64,000 nt of DNA from contig CAYGAC010000044.1 in NCBI GenBank assembly GCA_964347865.1, forward strand, positions 105,206 through 169,205, read 5' to 3'. Position 1 is the first letter of the stretch, and the number at the start of each line of letters is the position of its first letter. The stretch is from an uncultured Thermoplasmatales archaeon. GTDB lineage: Archaea; Thermoplasmatota; E2; DHVEG-1. Below the pieces are notes generated by a model. The model had not been told where the DNA came from. It made no database searches and saw nothing but the letters and a program-made list of their open reading frames with translations. The position numbers and the translations under genes were made by a program. Shown one piece after another: positions 38,485 to 49,594 of this stretch.

Positions 38485-40086
38485 TTAACTAATCAAAGAA
38501 AAGATGAATATTTGAATACCCTTAGCATAATCTATTTCGTATAATCCTTCATCACATTCTACTGTCACTGTTATAGCTATTGGTCCCAACCCAAGTATCA
38601 ATCCATAATTTGCATAAATTTTACAATTAATAGCAAGAGTTTCTACTGTACCGGTCGAATTTTTATTTATTTTACTCAAGATTCCACCAATTACAGTCAT
38701 TGTCCATTTTACATTTGTCGCTTCAGCATTTCCAATATTTTCAATAGTTGCAATAATACCAACTGGACGACCTTTTATCGATATTATATCAATTTCTGGT
38801 TTTGTTTCATCATATGCTTGTCCGAAGTAGATATCTCTATCATCACCTCGGTTGTCTTCCCAAACTGCATATATTCCATCTTTTCCTTTTCCAAGATCAT
38901 GAGAACCAAATTCAGAAACTGCTTGACTGTCTTGCACTTTTTGTTCTTCTATCCAATTAGCACCGCCATTTTCAGATTTTTTACAATAAACAGCACCATC
39001 TTTCACATAAGAACAAACAAATACATTTCCATCAAATGTAACCTTTACCTCTGGAAATTTGGCTGAATTAACTACTGTATTTTTTTGAATAGATGAAAAT
39101 CCGTTATCTGAATAGAAACAAACAATGTTATCTTCTTCCTCGCAAACAATGATAATAGCATTATTATGTGCTTCAATCGATGGATTTGAGAGGTTCGTAA
39201 TACCATCACCAATAGACCAACTTCCAATATGTGGATGATGATTTTGGGCATCCCATTCTCCAAAATTATCCTTTCTCACCAGTAGGTTTGCATCCACTTC
39301 ATTGTCCCACACAGCATAAGACATTTCTGTTACTTCATTAATTGCTATATCTGAATTAAGAAAATTATCACTCCATATATATGTCAACACACCACCATAT
39401 TCCCCATTCTCATAATAAATACATGGACAGGTAGGTGAATACCAGGGAGATAATATATCACATACAAAGGATATACCTCCAAAATTCCATGATTCACCTA
39501 CTCTAGTATAACATGAAATAGCAGGAATCAAAAAATTCTCACATTCACGAAAAGGATACCATTCATCCAAAATTCCCCTATAATCTATATAATGAGGTAG
39601 ATCATCTGAATATATAAGCCATATCTCATTATCCCATTGTCCATAATCTTTTAAAACTGTAGCGTAGAAACCATTATCATTTGAATCTGCATCCGGAAAT
39701 TCACATCCTACTGATTCAGAGAAATATCCAATTTCTTCCCAACTCACGCCATTATCTAGTGAACACCAAAAATCTGGATAATAGTCAACACCATCCCATG
39801 TACGCTCAAAACATGTAAAAAATCTACCTCTATTGTCTCCAGCTAGGATTGGGTGAAAATCATCATATTCCGAATCATTTATAATAGTGCTATCGCTTTG
39901 AGTGCCAGAAGTTTTTAAAGCTTTCTCTAAAGTATCTGATCTTGATTTCTCACAATACAAAAAATATACCTTTGTATCAATTTCTCTAGTCTGTAATGAG
40001 GTTTCTTCTATATCATTTGAAACTCCTACGAAAGATGATAATAAAAAAATCAAAAGTACAATTATCGGAATGAAGTTTATTTTCAA
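38485..40086 (-). CDS. secreted Asp-box/BNR-repeat protein (sialidase-like beta-propeller) with a C-terminal Ig/CARDB-like domain
   Basis: Signal peptide. Asp-box motifs SLDNGVSW and SENGGANW. Trp/Asp-rich. C-terminal beta-sandwich-like region. Confidence 0.45.
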   Translation of the reverse strand: MKINFIPIIVLLIFLLSSFVGVSNDIEETSLQTREIDTKVYFLYCEKSRSDTLEKALKTSGTQSDSTIINDSEYDDFHPILAGDNRGRFFTCFERTWDGVDYYPDFWCSLDNGVSWEEIGYFSESVGCEFPDADSNDNGFYATVLKDYGQWDNEIWLIYSDDLPHYIDYRGILDEWYPFRECENFLIPAISCYTRVGESWNFGGISFVCDILSPWYSPTCPCIYYENGEYGGVLTYIWSDNFLNSDIAINEVTEMSYAVWDNEVDANLLVRKDNFGEWDAQNHHPHIGSWSIGDGITNLSNPSIEAHNNAIIIVCEEEDNIVCFYSDNGFSSIQKNTVVNSAKFPEVKVTFDGNVFVCSYVKDGAVYCKKSENGGANWIEEQKVQDSQAVSEFGSHDLGKGKDGIYAVWEDNRGDDRDIYFGQAYDETKPEIDIISIKGRPVGIIATIENIGNAEATNVKWTMTVIGGILSKINKNSTGTVETLAINCKIYANYGLILGLGPIAITVTVECDEGLYEIDYAKGIQIFIFSLIS

Positions 40087-40234
40087 TTTTAATTCCTCCC
40101 TTCCATTTCTATAGGTCCTTTACTATATAAAACTTCGTAATATCTTTTATCTTTTTAAATAAGTAAGAAAATAAAACGTTTATAAAAAACAATCTGATTT
40201 AATATCATTATAATCAGTAAAATAAGTGAAATAG

Positions 40235-40999
40235 ATGAAAATTCTATCATGGAATGTAAATGGAATAAGGGCCGCTGAAAAAAAAGGTTTATTTGACTGG
40301 TTTAAAAAAGAGACACCAGATATTATGTGTTTACAAGAAATAAAAGCTATACCAAATCAAGTACCTTTACATCTACGTAATACTCCTGGTTATTATTCTT
40401 ATTGGAATCCCGCTGCTAGGAAAGGATACAGTGGTGTAGTGACATATACAAAAGAAAAACCAAAAGGGGTAATAAATGGATTTGGCTTTGAAAAATTTGA
40501 TACTGAGGGGCGTATTGTCATAACAATATATTCCTCATTCATATTATTCAATATCTATTTCCCTAATGGAAAAAAGAATCAAGAAAGATTAGATTTCAAA
40601 CTAGACTTTTATGATACATTTCTTGCTTTCACTGACAATCTAAAAGCAAAAGGAAATAATATCGTAGTTTGTGGTGATTTTAATACAGCACATAATGAAA
40701 TTGATCTTGCCAGGCCTAAAGAGAATTCAAAAATCTCGGGCTTTCTACCCATTGAACGTGCTTGGATAGACACTTTTATTGACCACGGTTATATTGATAC
40801 TTTTAGACATTTCAATAAGGAACCTGATCAATATACGTGGTGGGATTTTAAAACTCGAGCTCGAGATAGAAATATCGGATGGAGAATTGACTATTTTTTT
40901 GTCAATAAGGAATTTTTACCACATGTGAAAAAAGCATTTATCCAACAGGATGTTTTAGGTTCTGATCATTGTCCAATTGGTATTGAAATTTCAATTTAA
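40235..40999 (+). CDS. xthA: exodeoxyribonuclease III (AP endonuclease, Xth family)
   Basis: [20 protein letters not shown], and C-terminal SDHCPI. Confidence 0.85.
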   Translation: MKILSWNVNGIRAAEKKGLFDWFKKETPDIMCLQEIKAIPNQVPLHLRNTPGYYSYWNPAARKGYSGVVTYTKEKPKGVINGFGFEKFDTEGRIVITIYSSFILFNIYFPNGKKNQERLDFKLDFYDTFLAFTDNLKAKGNNIVVCGDFNTAHNEIDLARPKENSKISGFLPIERAWIDTFIDHGYIDTFRHFNKEPDQYTWWDFKTRARDRNIGWRIDYFFVNKEFLPHVKKAFIQQDVLGSDHCPIGIEISI

Positions 41000-41014
41000 A
41001 ATGCTGGAGATAAT

Positions 41015-42523
41015 ATGAAAGAGTCGCTTGATTTTATTTACAAAATTCAAAAAGAACTTTCAATTTTTGGTGGCATTGGGGCATTACTTGGATGGGATCA
41101 AATGACCTATATGCCGCAAAAGGGATTCGCCGAACGATCAGATCAATTATCTCTTATCTCAAGATTAGTACACGAACGTGTAATTTCTGATAAATTATGG
41201 AATCACATACAAATTCTAACAAAACCAAATAATTTTTCTATGCTTAAAATCAATGATCAAATTGTTGTAAAACGGTTAAAAAAAGACGTTGAAAAAGCTC
41301 GTAAAATTCCATCTACTTTCATCAAAAAAATGGCTAAGACTACCAGTCTTGCATATGAAGCTTGGGAAAAAGCTAGAAAACAAAACAAGTTTAGTATTTT
41401 TTCTTCTCATCTTGAAAAGATATTGAATTTAGAAAAGCAATATTGTAATTATATTAATTTACCTGGTCATCCCTATAAAAATCTTCTTAATGACTACGAA
41501 GAAGGCATGACGGTAAAAAAACTCAAACGAGAATTTTTACATTTAAAGTCTCAATTAAACAATATCCTTTCAAAAATAAAAGTAAGTGATCAATTTGTAA
41601 AACAACAAGAATTTAATATCAGGTTTGATCAAGAAAACCAAGAGAAACTTTCAGGATTTATTATTAAAAAAATGTTGCTTCCAAAAAATAAAACAAGAAT
41701 TGATGTATCAACACATCCCTTTACAACCTCTATGAGTAATAATGATGTTCGCATTACGACTAATTTTAGTCGAAAACAACCATTATTTGCATTTTTATCA
41801 ACAGTTCATGAAACTGGTCATGCATTGTATGAACTAGGAATGCCTAAAGGCATTTACAAAGATACAGTTATATCAGATTCACCCTCATTAGGACTACATG
41901 AATCGCAATCTCGATTTTGGGAGAATATGATTGCAAAAAATATCCATTTTTGGAAATATTTCTATCCGATTTTCAAACGAACTTTTCCTAAACAATTCAA
42001 GCACATTAATTTTGATGCTTGGTATTTCTATATAAATCAAGTTAGACCATCCTTGATTAGAATCGAAGCTGATGAGCTAACCTATTGTTTGCATATAATT
42101 CTGCGTTTTGAACTAGAACTGGATTTAATAGATGAAAAAATAACTGTTGAAGAGCTGCCAGAAATATGGAATGATAAGATGAATGAACTACTTGGAATTA
42201 CTCCAAAAAATGATAAGGATGGAGTACTACAAGATATGCATTGGAGTGGTGGTGAAATTGGTTATTTTCCAACCTATGCAATTGGTACCATATATGCATC
42301 CCAAATATTTAATCAACTTATAAAAGACCATCCGGAAACGATTGAAAATATTGAACGAAGTAATTTTAAACATATTCTAGTATGGTTAAGAAAAAATATA
42401 CATAACTATGGTCGAAGTTTAAATGCTGATGATATCATCAAAAAAGCATGTGGAACAGGTTTAAATTCAAAAGTTTTTGTAGAATATCTAAAAAATAAAT
42501 ATTTTACTCTATACGAAATATAA
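41015..42523 (+). CDS. carboxypeptidase Taq-type metallocarboxypeptidase (M32)
   Basis: HETGHALYE (HExxH), HESQSRFWEN and DVRITT motifs of M32. 502 aa. Confidence 0.8.
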   Translation: MKESLDFIYKIQKELSIFGGIGALLGWDQMTYMPQKGFAERSDQLSLISRLVHERVISDKLWNHIQILTKPNNFSMLKINDQIVVKRLKKDVEKARKIPSTFIKKMAKTTSLAYEAWEKARKQNKFSIFSSHLEKILNLEKQYCNYINLPGHPYKNLLNDYEEGMTVKKLKREFLHLKSQLNNILSKIKVSDQFVKQQEFNIRFDQENQEKLSGFIIKKMLLPKNKTRIDVSTHPFTTSMSNNDVRITTNFSRKQPLFAFLSTVHETGHALYELGMPKGIYKDTVISDSPSLGLHESQSRFWENMIAKNIHFWKYFYPIFKRTFPKQFKHINFDAWYFYINQVRPSLIRIEADELTYCLHIILRFELELDLIDEKITVEELPEIWNDKMNELLGITPKNDKDGVLQDMHWSGGEIGYFPTYAIGTIYASQIFNQLIKDHPETIENIERSNFKHILVWLRKNIHNYGRSLNADDIIKKACGTGLNSKVFVEYLKNKYFTLYEI

Positions 42524-42532
42524 TTTTCTCCT

Positions 42533-43738
42533 TTATGCTCCGAATTTTTTCAAACGCATAGCATTTGCTAATGCAACAGGCATAATATCCACTGCTGGGA
42601 ACCGTGGTCCGAGTCCACCAGTCATGCATGCGCGCTCACCAAACTGATCCACATTATCAGTCCGACAAAATTTAGACCAAAGTAAAATAGGTACAGGGTG
42701 CCAACTGTGTGATTTTAATAGAGATGGTGTTGAATGATCACCAGTTACAACAATAACATCGGGATTTAAGTCTATTAATTTCGATATCTGAACATCTATC
42801 TCCTCGATTGTTGCTACTTTACGATTAAAATCACCATCCTCTCCTGCACTATCACTTCTTTTTACATGCAAATAGAAGAAATCAAATTTATTCCAATTGT
42901 CAATCAAGGTATTAAATTCATCTTCTACTGTTTGACCCGTTTGTAATATTTGCAATCCTAATAATTTTGCAATACCTCGATACATAGGATAAGATGCGAT
43001 TGCTGCACCTTTAATGCCAAAAACATCTTTTATTGAGGGAAAATCTGGTTTTTTAGAAAAACCTCGTAATAATATCATATTAGCTGGATGATGATCTGAT
43101 AAAATTTCTTCTGCTTTATTTAAAAATTGATTAATTAGGCTAACTGTCTTTTCTGCATCTGGTGATAAAGATATAGGTACCAGAGGTTTTTTCCCGATCC
43201 TCTGAGGATCGGTATCAATAATGTGATCAGAAAGCCCTTCTCCTCTCAATATTAATAGTAAACGATATTCTTTAACTGTTTCAACAAATATTTCAACATC
43301 TGGTAACTCAATATCCCGTAATAATTCACATAATTCTTTGTTTTTTTCAGTTGGAATTCTTCCTGCTCGTCGATCTGTTACTAAACCATTCATATCAAGA
43401 GTGCAAAAATTACCACGAGCTGCAATATCTTGAGGTTTAAGTTCGAAGTCTATTCCTAACGCGGACAATACTCCTCTTCCAACTTGGTATTTAATCGGAT
43501 CATAACCAAATAATGAAAGGTGTCCAGGTCCACTTCCTGGAGTGATTCCAGATTTTACAGGTTGTTGTAATCCACATATTCCTTTTGATGCTAATATGTC
43601 TAAATTTGGTGTATTAGCTGTTTCTAATTCTGTTAGATTATCTGTTTCTCTTGGAAGTCCACCTAATCCGTCAATAACTAATAATACAATCTTTGTTTCG
43701 GATGGTTTTATTAAGTTTTGAATAAAATCTAAATCCAT
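42533..43738 (-). CDS. apgM: 2,3-bisphosphoglycerate-independent phosphoglycerate mutase, archaeal type
   Basis: N-terminal IVLLVIDGLGGLP. Alkaline-phosphatase superfamily core. 401 aa. Confidence 0.75.
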   Translation of the reverse strand: MDLDFIQNLIKPSETKIVLLVIDGLGGLPRETDNLTELETANTPNLDILASKGICGLQQPVKSGITPGSGPGHLSLFGYDPIKYQVGRGVLSALGIDFELKPQDIAARGNFCTLDMNGLVTDRRAGRIPTEKNKELCELLRDIELPDVEIFVETVKEYRLLLILRGEGLSDHIIDTDPQRIGKKPLVPISLSPDAEKTVSLINQFLNKAEEILSDHHPANMILLRGFSKKPDFPSIKDVFGIKGAAIASYPMYRGIAKLLGLQILQTGQTVEDEFNTLIDNWNKFDFFYLHVKRSDSAGEDGDFNRKVATIEEIDVQISKLIDLNPDVIVVTGDHSTPSLLKSHSWHPVPILLWSKFCRTDNVDQFGERACMTGGLGPRFPAVDIMPVALANAMRLKKFGA

Positions 43739-43957
43739 ATCAGAGTCACTTCTCTCCTCAAAATTAATCTGTTTTTTTTATTATTGAATACTTGTGCTCA
43801 ATCATTAATTTTCTTAATAAATGTTATCATAATTATTTAAAACTGATTAACGGTGGTGTTATTTCTATTTTTGATAAGAAACAAAAATTTTTGAAACCTG
43901 GTAAACCATAAATACTATTTTTTATATTAGCCTATTTATTTTAAGAGATTTGATAAT

Positions 43958-45034
43958 GTGATCGAGAAGAACGTTCGTTGTCCAAAGTGTCATGAAATTG
44001 TTTCAATTTCTGGTGAACCTGGAGTTATTCTTTCAGTTATTTGCCCAAAATGTGGCAGTCATGGAAAAGTCACTTTTAAAAAACCAAGCATGTATCGAGA
44101 CTATGCAATAGAAGTATCAAATCTAAAAAAGGTTTATAGTGACCTAATTGCAGTTAATAATATATCATTTTCAGTAAAAAAAGGTGAAATCTTTGCGTTT
44201 CTTGGTCCTAATGGTGCTGGTAAGACAACAACTGTAGAAATTATTGAATCAATACGTGAACCCACTGCAGGTAATATAAAGATATTTGGTAAAGATATAA
44301 AGACATCATTTGATCAAGTTAAAGAAATAATTGGTGTTCTTCCCCAAGAATTTTATTCTTTTGAAAGACTTACTGTTCGTGAGACACTTATATATTTTTC
44401 ATCCCTCTATATGAAGCATGCAGATATTGATGAAATAATTAAATCCATGGATCTTAAATCTAGCGAAAAAATGTTATATAAAAATTTATCAGGTGGATTG
44501 AAACAAAGAGTTGGTGTGGCTATTGCACTTGTAAATGATCCTGATATTGTATTTCTTGATGAGCCCACCACAGGTCTAGATCCAAAAGCTCGTAGAGAAG
44601 TTTGGAAGGTTATTGCGGGATTAAGAAATCGAGGAAAAACTGTATTTCTTACCACACATTACATGGAAGAAGCAGAGTATCTTGCAGATCATATTGGAAT
44701 AATTCACAAAGGGATAATAATAGCTGAGGGATCTTTGGAAGAACTTGTTAATAAATATGGAAATGAAAGCATTTTAAGGATAAAAAATTGCAAATCTAAA
44801 GATATTATTGATGTTTTAAAAGGTCATAGATTTGAAGTTAAAACTGAAGGAAATGGTGATATATCTATAAAAATAGAGTATAAAGAACGTATTGTTGAGA
44901 TTCTATCTATTTTAAAACATGAATGCATAGAATATGATACCATCGATATTCAACGATCTAACCTTGAAGAGATATTTTTAAAACTTACTGGTGCAAAACT
45001 ATCGGAGGGAGGGAATGAATCTAAAATTCATTAA
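43958..45034 (+). CDS. ABC transporter ATP-binding protein (ABC-2 type) with an N-terminal Zn-ribbon extension
   Basis: Walker A GPNGAGKTTT. Signature LSGGLKQR. Walker B IVFLDEPTTGLD. N-terminal CPKCH...CPKCG. Confidence 0.85.
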   Translation: MIEKNVRCPKCHEIVSISGEPGVILSVICPKCGSHGKVTFKKPSMYRDYAIEVSNLKKVYSDLIAVNNISFSVKKGEIFAFLGPNGAGKTTTVEIIESIREPTAGNIKIFGKDIKTSFDQVKEIIGVLPQEFYSFERLTVRETLIYFSSLYMKHADIDEIIKSMDLKSSEKMLYKNLSGGLKQRVGVAIALVNDPDIVFLDEPTTGLDPKARREVWKVIAGLRNRGKTVFLTTHYMEEAEYLADHIGIIHKGIIIAEGSLEELVNKYGNESILRIKNCKSKDIIDVLKGHRFEVKTEGNGDISIKIEYKERIVEILSILKHECIEYDTIDIQRSNLEEIFLKLTGAKLSEGGNESKIH

Positions 45035-46126
45035 AACGGATTTAATATTAGGGATTAGATCATGGCTTAGAAGTATTGGAACTGTCTTTTGGACCATATT
45101 ATTTCCAGTTCTTCTGATAATGATGTTTGGTGCAATATTTTCTGGTGTAGATGATGTTGAATATGATTTAATTATCCAAAATCTTGATGAAACTGATTAT
45201 TCAAAAGAGTTTGTTAATTTGTTAAAAAATAATATAACTATTTTTAAAATTGACGAAATAAGTAAAAATAAGGATTTAGCACAATACATGCGTGATAATG
45301 ATAATCTGTCGCTTTACAAATACCAAATGATTTTGGAATAGTTTTGCAACAATATTTTATTGATAAAAATGTGACCGTTAATCTAACATTCTATTTTGAT
45401 CCCACTGATACCAGTACTGTTCCTATTATACGAAGCATTATAACTGGTGTACTTAATGAATTTAACGATGCAATCACGGGAAGTAATAGTTTTATTGGAT
45501 TAGATGAAAAAAGTACAATTGGTGAAGATTATGATTTTATCGATTTCTTTGTACCAGGAATGATTGGTTTTACTATTATGACATCTATGATTTATGGAAG
45601 TATTGAACGAAATACGAAATATCGAAAAGATGGGATTCTAAGGAAACTTTTAACTATGCCGGTGACAAGGGTAGAATGGATTATCTCAAAGATGCTTTTC
45701 ATGCTTTTTTTATCCTTCATATCAACCTTAATAATTATTTTAGTTGGCATTTTAGTTTGGGGTCTTCATATTCATATAAATATCTTTTTCTTTATAATTA
45801 TTATATCTACAAGCTTTATGTTTTCAGGACTAGGAATGATTATTGGTAGGTTTGTAAAGGAGGAAGAAACTGCTGATATGGCTGGGGGTGCTATCACTTT
45901 TCCTATGATGTTTCTTGCTGGAACATTTTTTCCACTCGATCAAATGCCAACATTTTTACAATCATTTGCACAAATTCTACCATTGTATTATGTGAATGAA
46001 GGATTAAGAAATGCAATGATTTATGCTGATTTAGAAAAAACCCTTTACTTCACAGCTTTTGTTGTAACATTTGCCTTAATATTTTTTATTGTGGGTGTTT
46101 TTCTTACAAAATGGAGAGAAGACTGA
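45015..46126 (+). pseudogene. ABC-2 family permease split by a frameshift near 45330
   Basis: ORFs 44991..45341 and 45344..46126 lie in different frames. The first carries TM1 plus the start of the extracellular loop. The second continues the loop and carries five TMs. The downstream frame is open back to about 45310. Confidence 0.5.
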
Positions 46127-46131
46127 TTTAT

Positions 46132-47079
46132 TCAAGGTAATTCAAAATGGGTGTTTTTAAAAAAAGAAAAGTCTAGATTGCTCCAATCATCGAAATCGCC
46201 TTTACCATGGTTGCCATCGGAAAAATCAATAATTGTGTATGTATATTGATAGTTCATACAGCTCTTATAGTTTTTATATTTCCACCATTGCACTGAAAAT
46301 AATCTTGTTGCAATCATATTATCATTTCCCCCATGATCATCAACATTTAATCCAAAAGTATGTCCCAACTCATGTAATGCGCCTCCAATAATATATCGCT
46401 CTCTACTATATATTGATGGATTTGATTGGATCATTTCTGCTGAAATTTGGAAAGAATCAAGATGATTCCATCCAATAAATGCAAAGCCTGGACCTGCTCC
46501 ATAATCGCACACTAAACAATAATGAAAAATTCCTTTTCTTGGATTATTGAGATCATTATGTAAAAAGTATTCCCAGTAAAGATCGCGAAGATCTGCATAT
46601 GAAAAATTCGAAATATATGGAATCTCCTCTCCACCCTCAAGATTACTCCTATCAACGTGGAGTGAAATATTATGTTTTGTAAAAATATCAATAATTTTAT
46701 TCACATAATTCTCTGAAGGTTTATTAGAGGGATTATCTGGATTTTTAACTTCCACCCAATCAAATTCTAAAAATACATCTTTAAAATATGGATTTGAATC
46801 CCATTTATCGGTGTAACATTCTTCGATATTATTCAATCCATCTGCATCAGGATCGAGGATTTTATGATCATTCCAAGAGTTTTTATCATATCCCCATTTT
46901 TCCTCCCACCAATCTGGAACATAATCATTATCACTATCTATTCCAGGAAGTTCAATTTCAACATATCGAGAATGATTAATTTCAATGTTTGCTAGTTCAT
47001 AATCTATTTCCCAATCAGTGCCTGCATTCCCAACTTTATGAAAGAGCCAGGGAAAAAAAGTTATTCGACTAAATTTCAT
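46132..47079 (-). CDS. zinc metalloprotease (HExxH zincin) with Asp-rich Ca-binding repeats
   Basis: GGALHELGHTFGLNVDDH. Upstream TSP3/dockerin-like DxDxDG motifs (DSDNDYVPD, DPDADGLNNIEE). Confidence 0.5.
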   Translation of the reverse strand: MKFSRITFFPWLFHKVGNAGTDWEIDYELANIEINHSRYVEIELPGIDSDNDYVPDWWEEKWGYDKNSWNDHKILDPDADGLNNIEECYTDKWDSNPYFKDVFLEFDWVEVKNPDNPSNKPSENYVNKIIDIFTKHNISLHVDRSNLEGGEEIPYISNFSYADLRDLYWEYFLHNDLNNPRKGIFHYCLVCDYGAGPGFAFIGWNHLDSFQISAEMIQSNPSIYSRERYIIGGALHELGHTFGLNVDDHGGNDNMIATRLFSVQWWKYKNYKSCMNYQYTYTIIDFSDGNHGKGDFDDWSNLDFSFFKNTHFELP

Positions 47080-47210
47080 AATTATTCTATCTTTTGATTG
47101 CCGTTCAAATAATGCTGGTCCAAAACGCGAACCCCACCAGTTATACCTGGCATTACATTGTGAATATTCAGAGTATAATCCGCAAATAGAATTATGAATA
47201 TTGTTGTTTA

Positions 47211-48194
47211 TTAATTGAAAATTGCTTTTTTTGATTGTATTCCATATCTTAAATTTTCAAAAAGTTCACATTTTTCAATAATCACATTTTTCGAATCTTT
47301 ATTTAGATTAACACCAAAGTGTGTATTCCAAAATAAGTTACAATTCAAAATGTAGATATTTGTACTGTTGGAGATTTTTGTACCGACACCATTGTGATAA
47401 ATATTACAATTTGAAATATAGATATCACCACAATTACTCATGAAAAAACCACCTTGATTGTCATTATTGTTGTAAGCAGCACATTTTATTGATTCAATAT
47501 TTGTGGAGTCGCCGAAAAAGAATGCTATACCGTTTGTGTGTGCATAACAACCAATTATTTTTATTGCATCAGAACTTTGAATATTTAGTCCAAGTCCATT
47601 ATTACAAAAATAACAATCTCTTATCTGATTGTCTTGGGATGATTGTATATAGATTCCTTCTCCATTATTGTAAAAAGTGCAGTTATTTATTTCATTATAA
47701 GAACTCCCATTAATATAAATACCAGTTCTTGTCCTATAAAATATACATTTTGCTATTTGATTAAGTTCAGAGTCGATTATTATACCCGCGTTATGCATAT
47801 ATCCCCCAGAATTCATTATTGTAAAATTAATTAAAAATGTAAAATCAGCGGTTATACGCACAACAAATTCTTTATACATTCCATCAATAATTGTTGAGCT
47901 TTTATTTTCACCAATAATTGTAAGAGGTTTGTAAACTTCAATATTTTCATAATATATTCCTTCGAAAACATAGATAATATCTCTCTCAGTTGCATTTTCA
48001 ATTGCATCTTGAATATATCGAAAAGGAAATTCTATGGTTCCATTCCAAGGTCCCTCTTTATTATCATCATCAACGTAAATATTTCCTTTATTTGTATTCT
48101 GCAATTCAACATATCCATCTACACTATCAATAATTAAATAATTAGAGAGAATAAATAAGATTGTTATTAACAATGATACGAATTTTTTTTTCAT
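47211..48194 (-). CDS. secreted right-handed parallel beta-helix (PbH1-repeat, NosD/pectate-lyase-like) protein
   Basis: Signal peptide. Repeated NxxGI(Y)IxxSxxNxIxxCxFxNN units. Paralogous to 57633..58785. Confidence 0.55.
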   Translation of the reverse strand: MKKKFVSLLITILFILSNYLIIDSVDGYVELQNTNKGNIYVDDDNKEGPWNGTIEFPFRYIQDAIENATERDIIYVFEGIYYENIEVYKPLTIIGENKSSTIIDGMYKEFVVRITADFTFLINFTIMNSGGYMHNAGIIIDSELNQIAKCIFYRTRTGIYINGSSYNEINNCTFYNNGEGIYIQSSQDNQIRDCYFCNNGLGLNIQSSDAIKIIGCYAHTNGIAFFFGDSTNIESIKCAAYNNNDNQGGFFMSNCGDIYISNCNIYHNGVGTKISNSTNIYILNCNLFWNTHFGVNLNKDSKNVIIEKCELFENLRYGIQSKKAIFN

Positions 48195-48332
48195 ATTTTT
48201 AGTGATAAATTAAAGTATATTTATTATACATAAATTTATCTATATAAAATTAGAATATCTATAACTCTAACAAGAATATAGAAGGTAAAAGTTATTTTTG
48301 TTAGTAAGAATTATTGAGTATAATCGCTTATA

Positions 48333-48605
48333 TCAAGAATAGCTATCGGTGCTCGTATTTATTTCACCCTTTAAACTATTGGTTCCAATAAGAGTTTTTG
48401 TATCAACTACACCCTTTGTTGCCCGAATTTTATTGATAACTATACTTCCAATTTCATCTATATCATTGCAATTTATTTTCACGAGGATATCATATTCTCC
48501 AAATAGCGGATGTACTTCAACTACTTCTGTTATTGTATTGAGTTTTTCGAATACCTCTTTTTCATTTAAGGGACTTATACTCAATAATGCAAATCCGATT
48601 GCCAT
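48333..48605 (-). CDS. stand-alone Lrp/AsnC-type RAM domain protein
   Basis: 90 aa. VEVHPLFGEYDILVKINCNDIDEIGSIVINKIRATKGVVDTKT. Confidence 0.5.
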   Translation of the reverse strand: MAIGFALLSISPLNEKEVFEKLNTITEVVEVHPLFGEYDILVKINCNDIDEIGSIVINKIRATKGVVDTKTLIGTNSLKGEINTSTDSYS

Positions 48606-48725
48606 GATTCACCTGAATAACATTTCTATATCATATATTTTTCTTTGTTTTTTTACCAAATTATATTTTATAATAAAATTTTAGGATAATTTTAATTTAG
48701 AAAATAAATCTAAATATTAAATTTT

Positions 48726-49526
48726 TTAACCGTACATTGACGATGGAATTGGTGGCATTGAAGGAGCTGTTGGTTTTGATTGTTCTAGGAATTTTCTGAT
48801 ATTGTTTTCTATTTCTTCAGCTTCTTTATATAACGGTTTAGGATCAATTTTTATTCCAGGAAGCATGACATCTAATTTCTCTAATAAATTACCAGCAGCT
48901 CTAGAATCTGGATATGCTGAATGAGCCTCTGCTAAAAGACAGAGTACATCACGATTCATAAGTACGCCTTCATACAATAAAACACCTGAGACTCCTGTAA
49001 TCATTCCTTCTTGAGTTTCCTCGATTTTGTGCATTTTTAAAATATTTTTCATTTTTTGGTTGCTTGCGACTCCAAATACCTTTAATTTTTGTTTTTTAAT
49101 ATCACCTACTGCATGTGTTCCTTCTAGTACAACTACAGTCTCGCATCCTTTTTCACTCGACCATTCAAGAATGGTATCACCTAACAGTTTTATTGTTTCC
49201 ATTGGTGGCATAAATTCAGAAATAATTACGGTAAGTTGTTCACAGGTGCCATCAGGACCACATATCTTTTTTCCAGTGTAAATTCTAACTGGAGGAGAGG
49301 GAATAGATTTGTGAATTACTGTTGCTGGCATAAAATTATTTGAAATAATTGCTCCTATCTCATTGAGTTTTAATGAATCAATAATAAAACGTCCAGCAAT
49401 TGAACTTACCAATCCAACCGTTGGAAATGCAACCACAAGCATTGAATTTGAAAGATCAGCTTCTTTATATTCTACAATAGATATTTCTTCCATGGGTTCA
49501 AAATCTGATATTTTGTATTTAAACAT
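48726..49526 (-). CDS. PAC2-family (proteasome assembly chaperone-like, COG1938) protein
   Basis: MLVVAFPTVGLVSSIAGRFII N-terminal region, and the size, fit the PAC2 family. The call is weak. Confidence 0.4.
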   Translation of the reverse strand: MFKYKISDFEPMEEISIVEYKEADLSNSMLVVAFPTVGLVSSIAGRFIIDSLKLNEIGAIISNNFMPATVIHKSIPSPPVRIYTGKKICGPDGTCEQLTVIISEFMPPMETIKLLGDTILEWSSEKGCETVVVLEGTHAVGDIKKQKLKVFGVASNQKMKNILKMHKIEETQEGMITGVSGVLLYEGVLMNRDVLCLLAEAHSAYPDSRAAGNLLEKLDVMLPGIKIDPKPLYKEAEEIENNIRKFLEQSKPTAPSMPPIPSSMYG

Positions 49527-49594
49527 TGTTTGAAATTTTTGTATTAATATGAAAATAATAACTTTATTCTAAAAATTGTAACTATGATACTGTC

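Noticed and set aside
47080-47210. Possible upstream extension of the metalloprotease ORF to supply a signal peptide
   Set aside because: The frame is open for about 40 codons upstream but contains no ATG, GTG or TTG followed by a hydrophobic stretch. The extension is kept only as a caveat.
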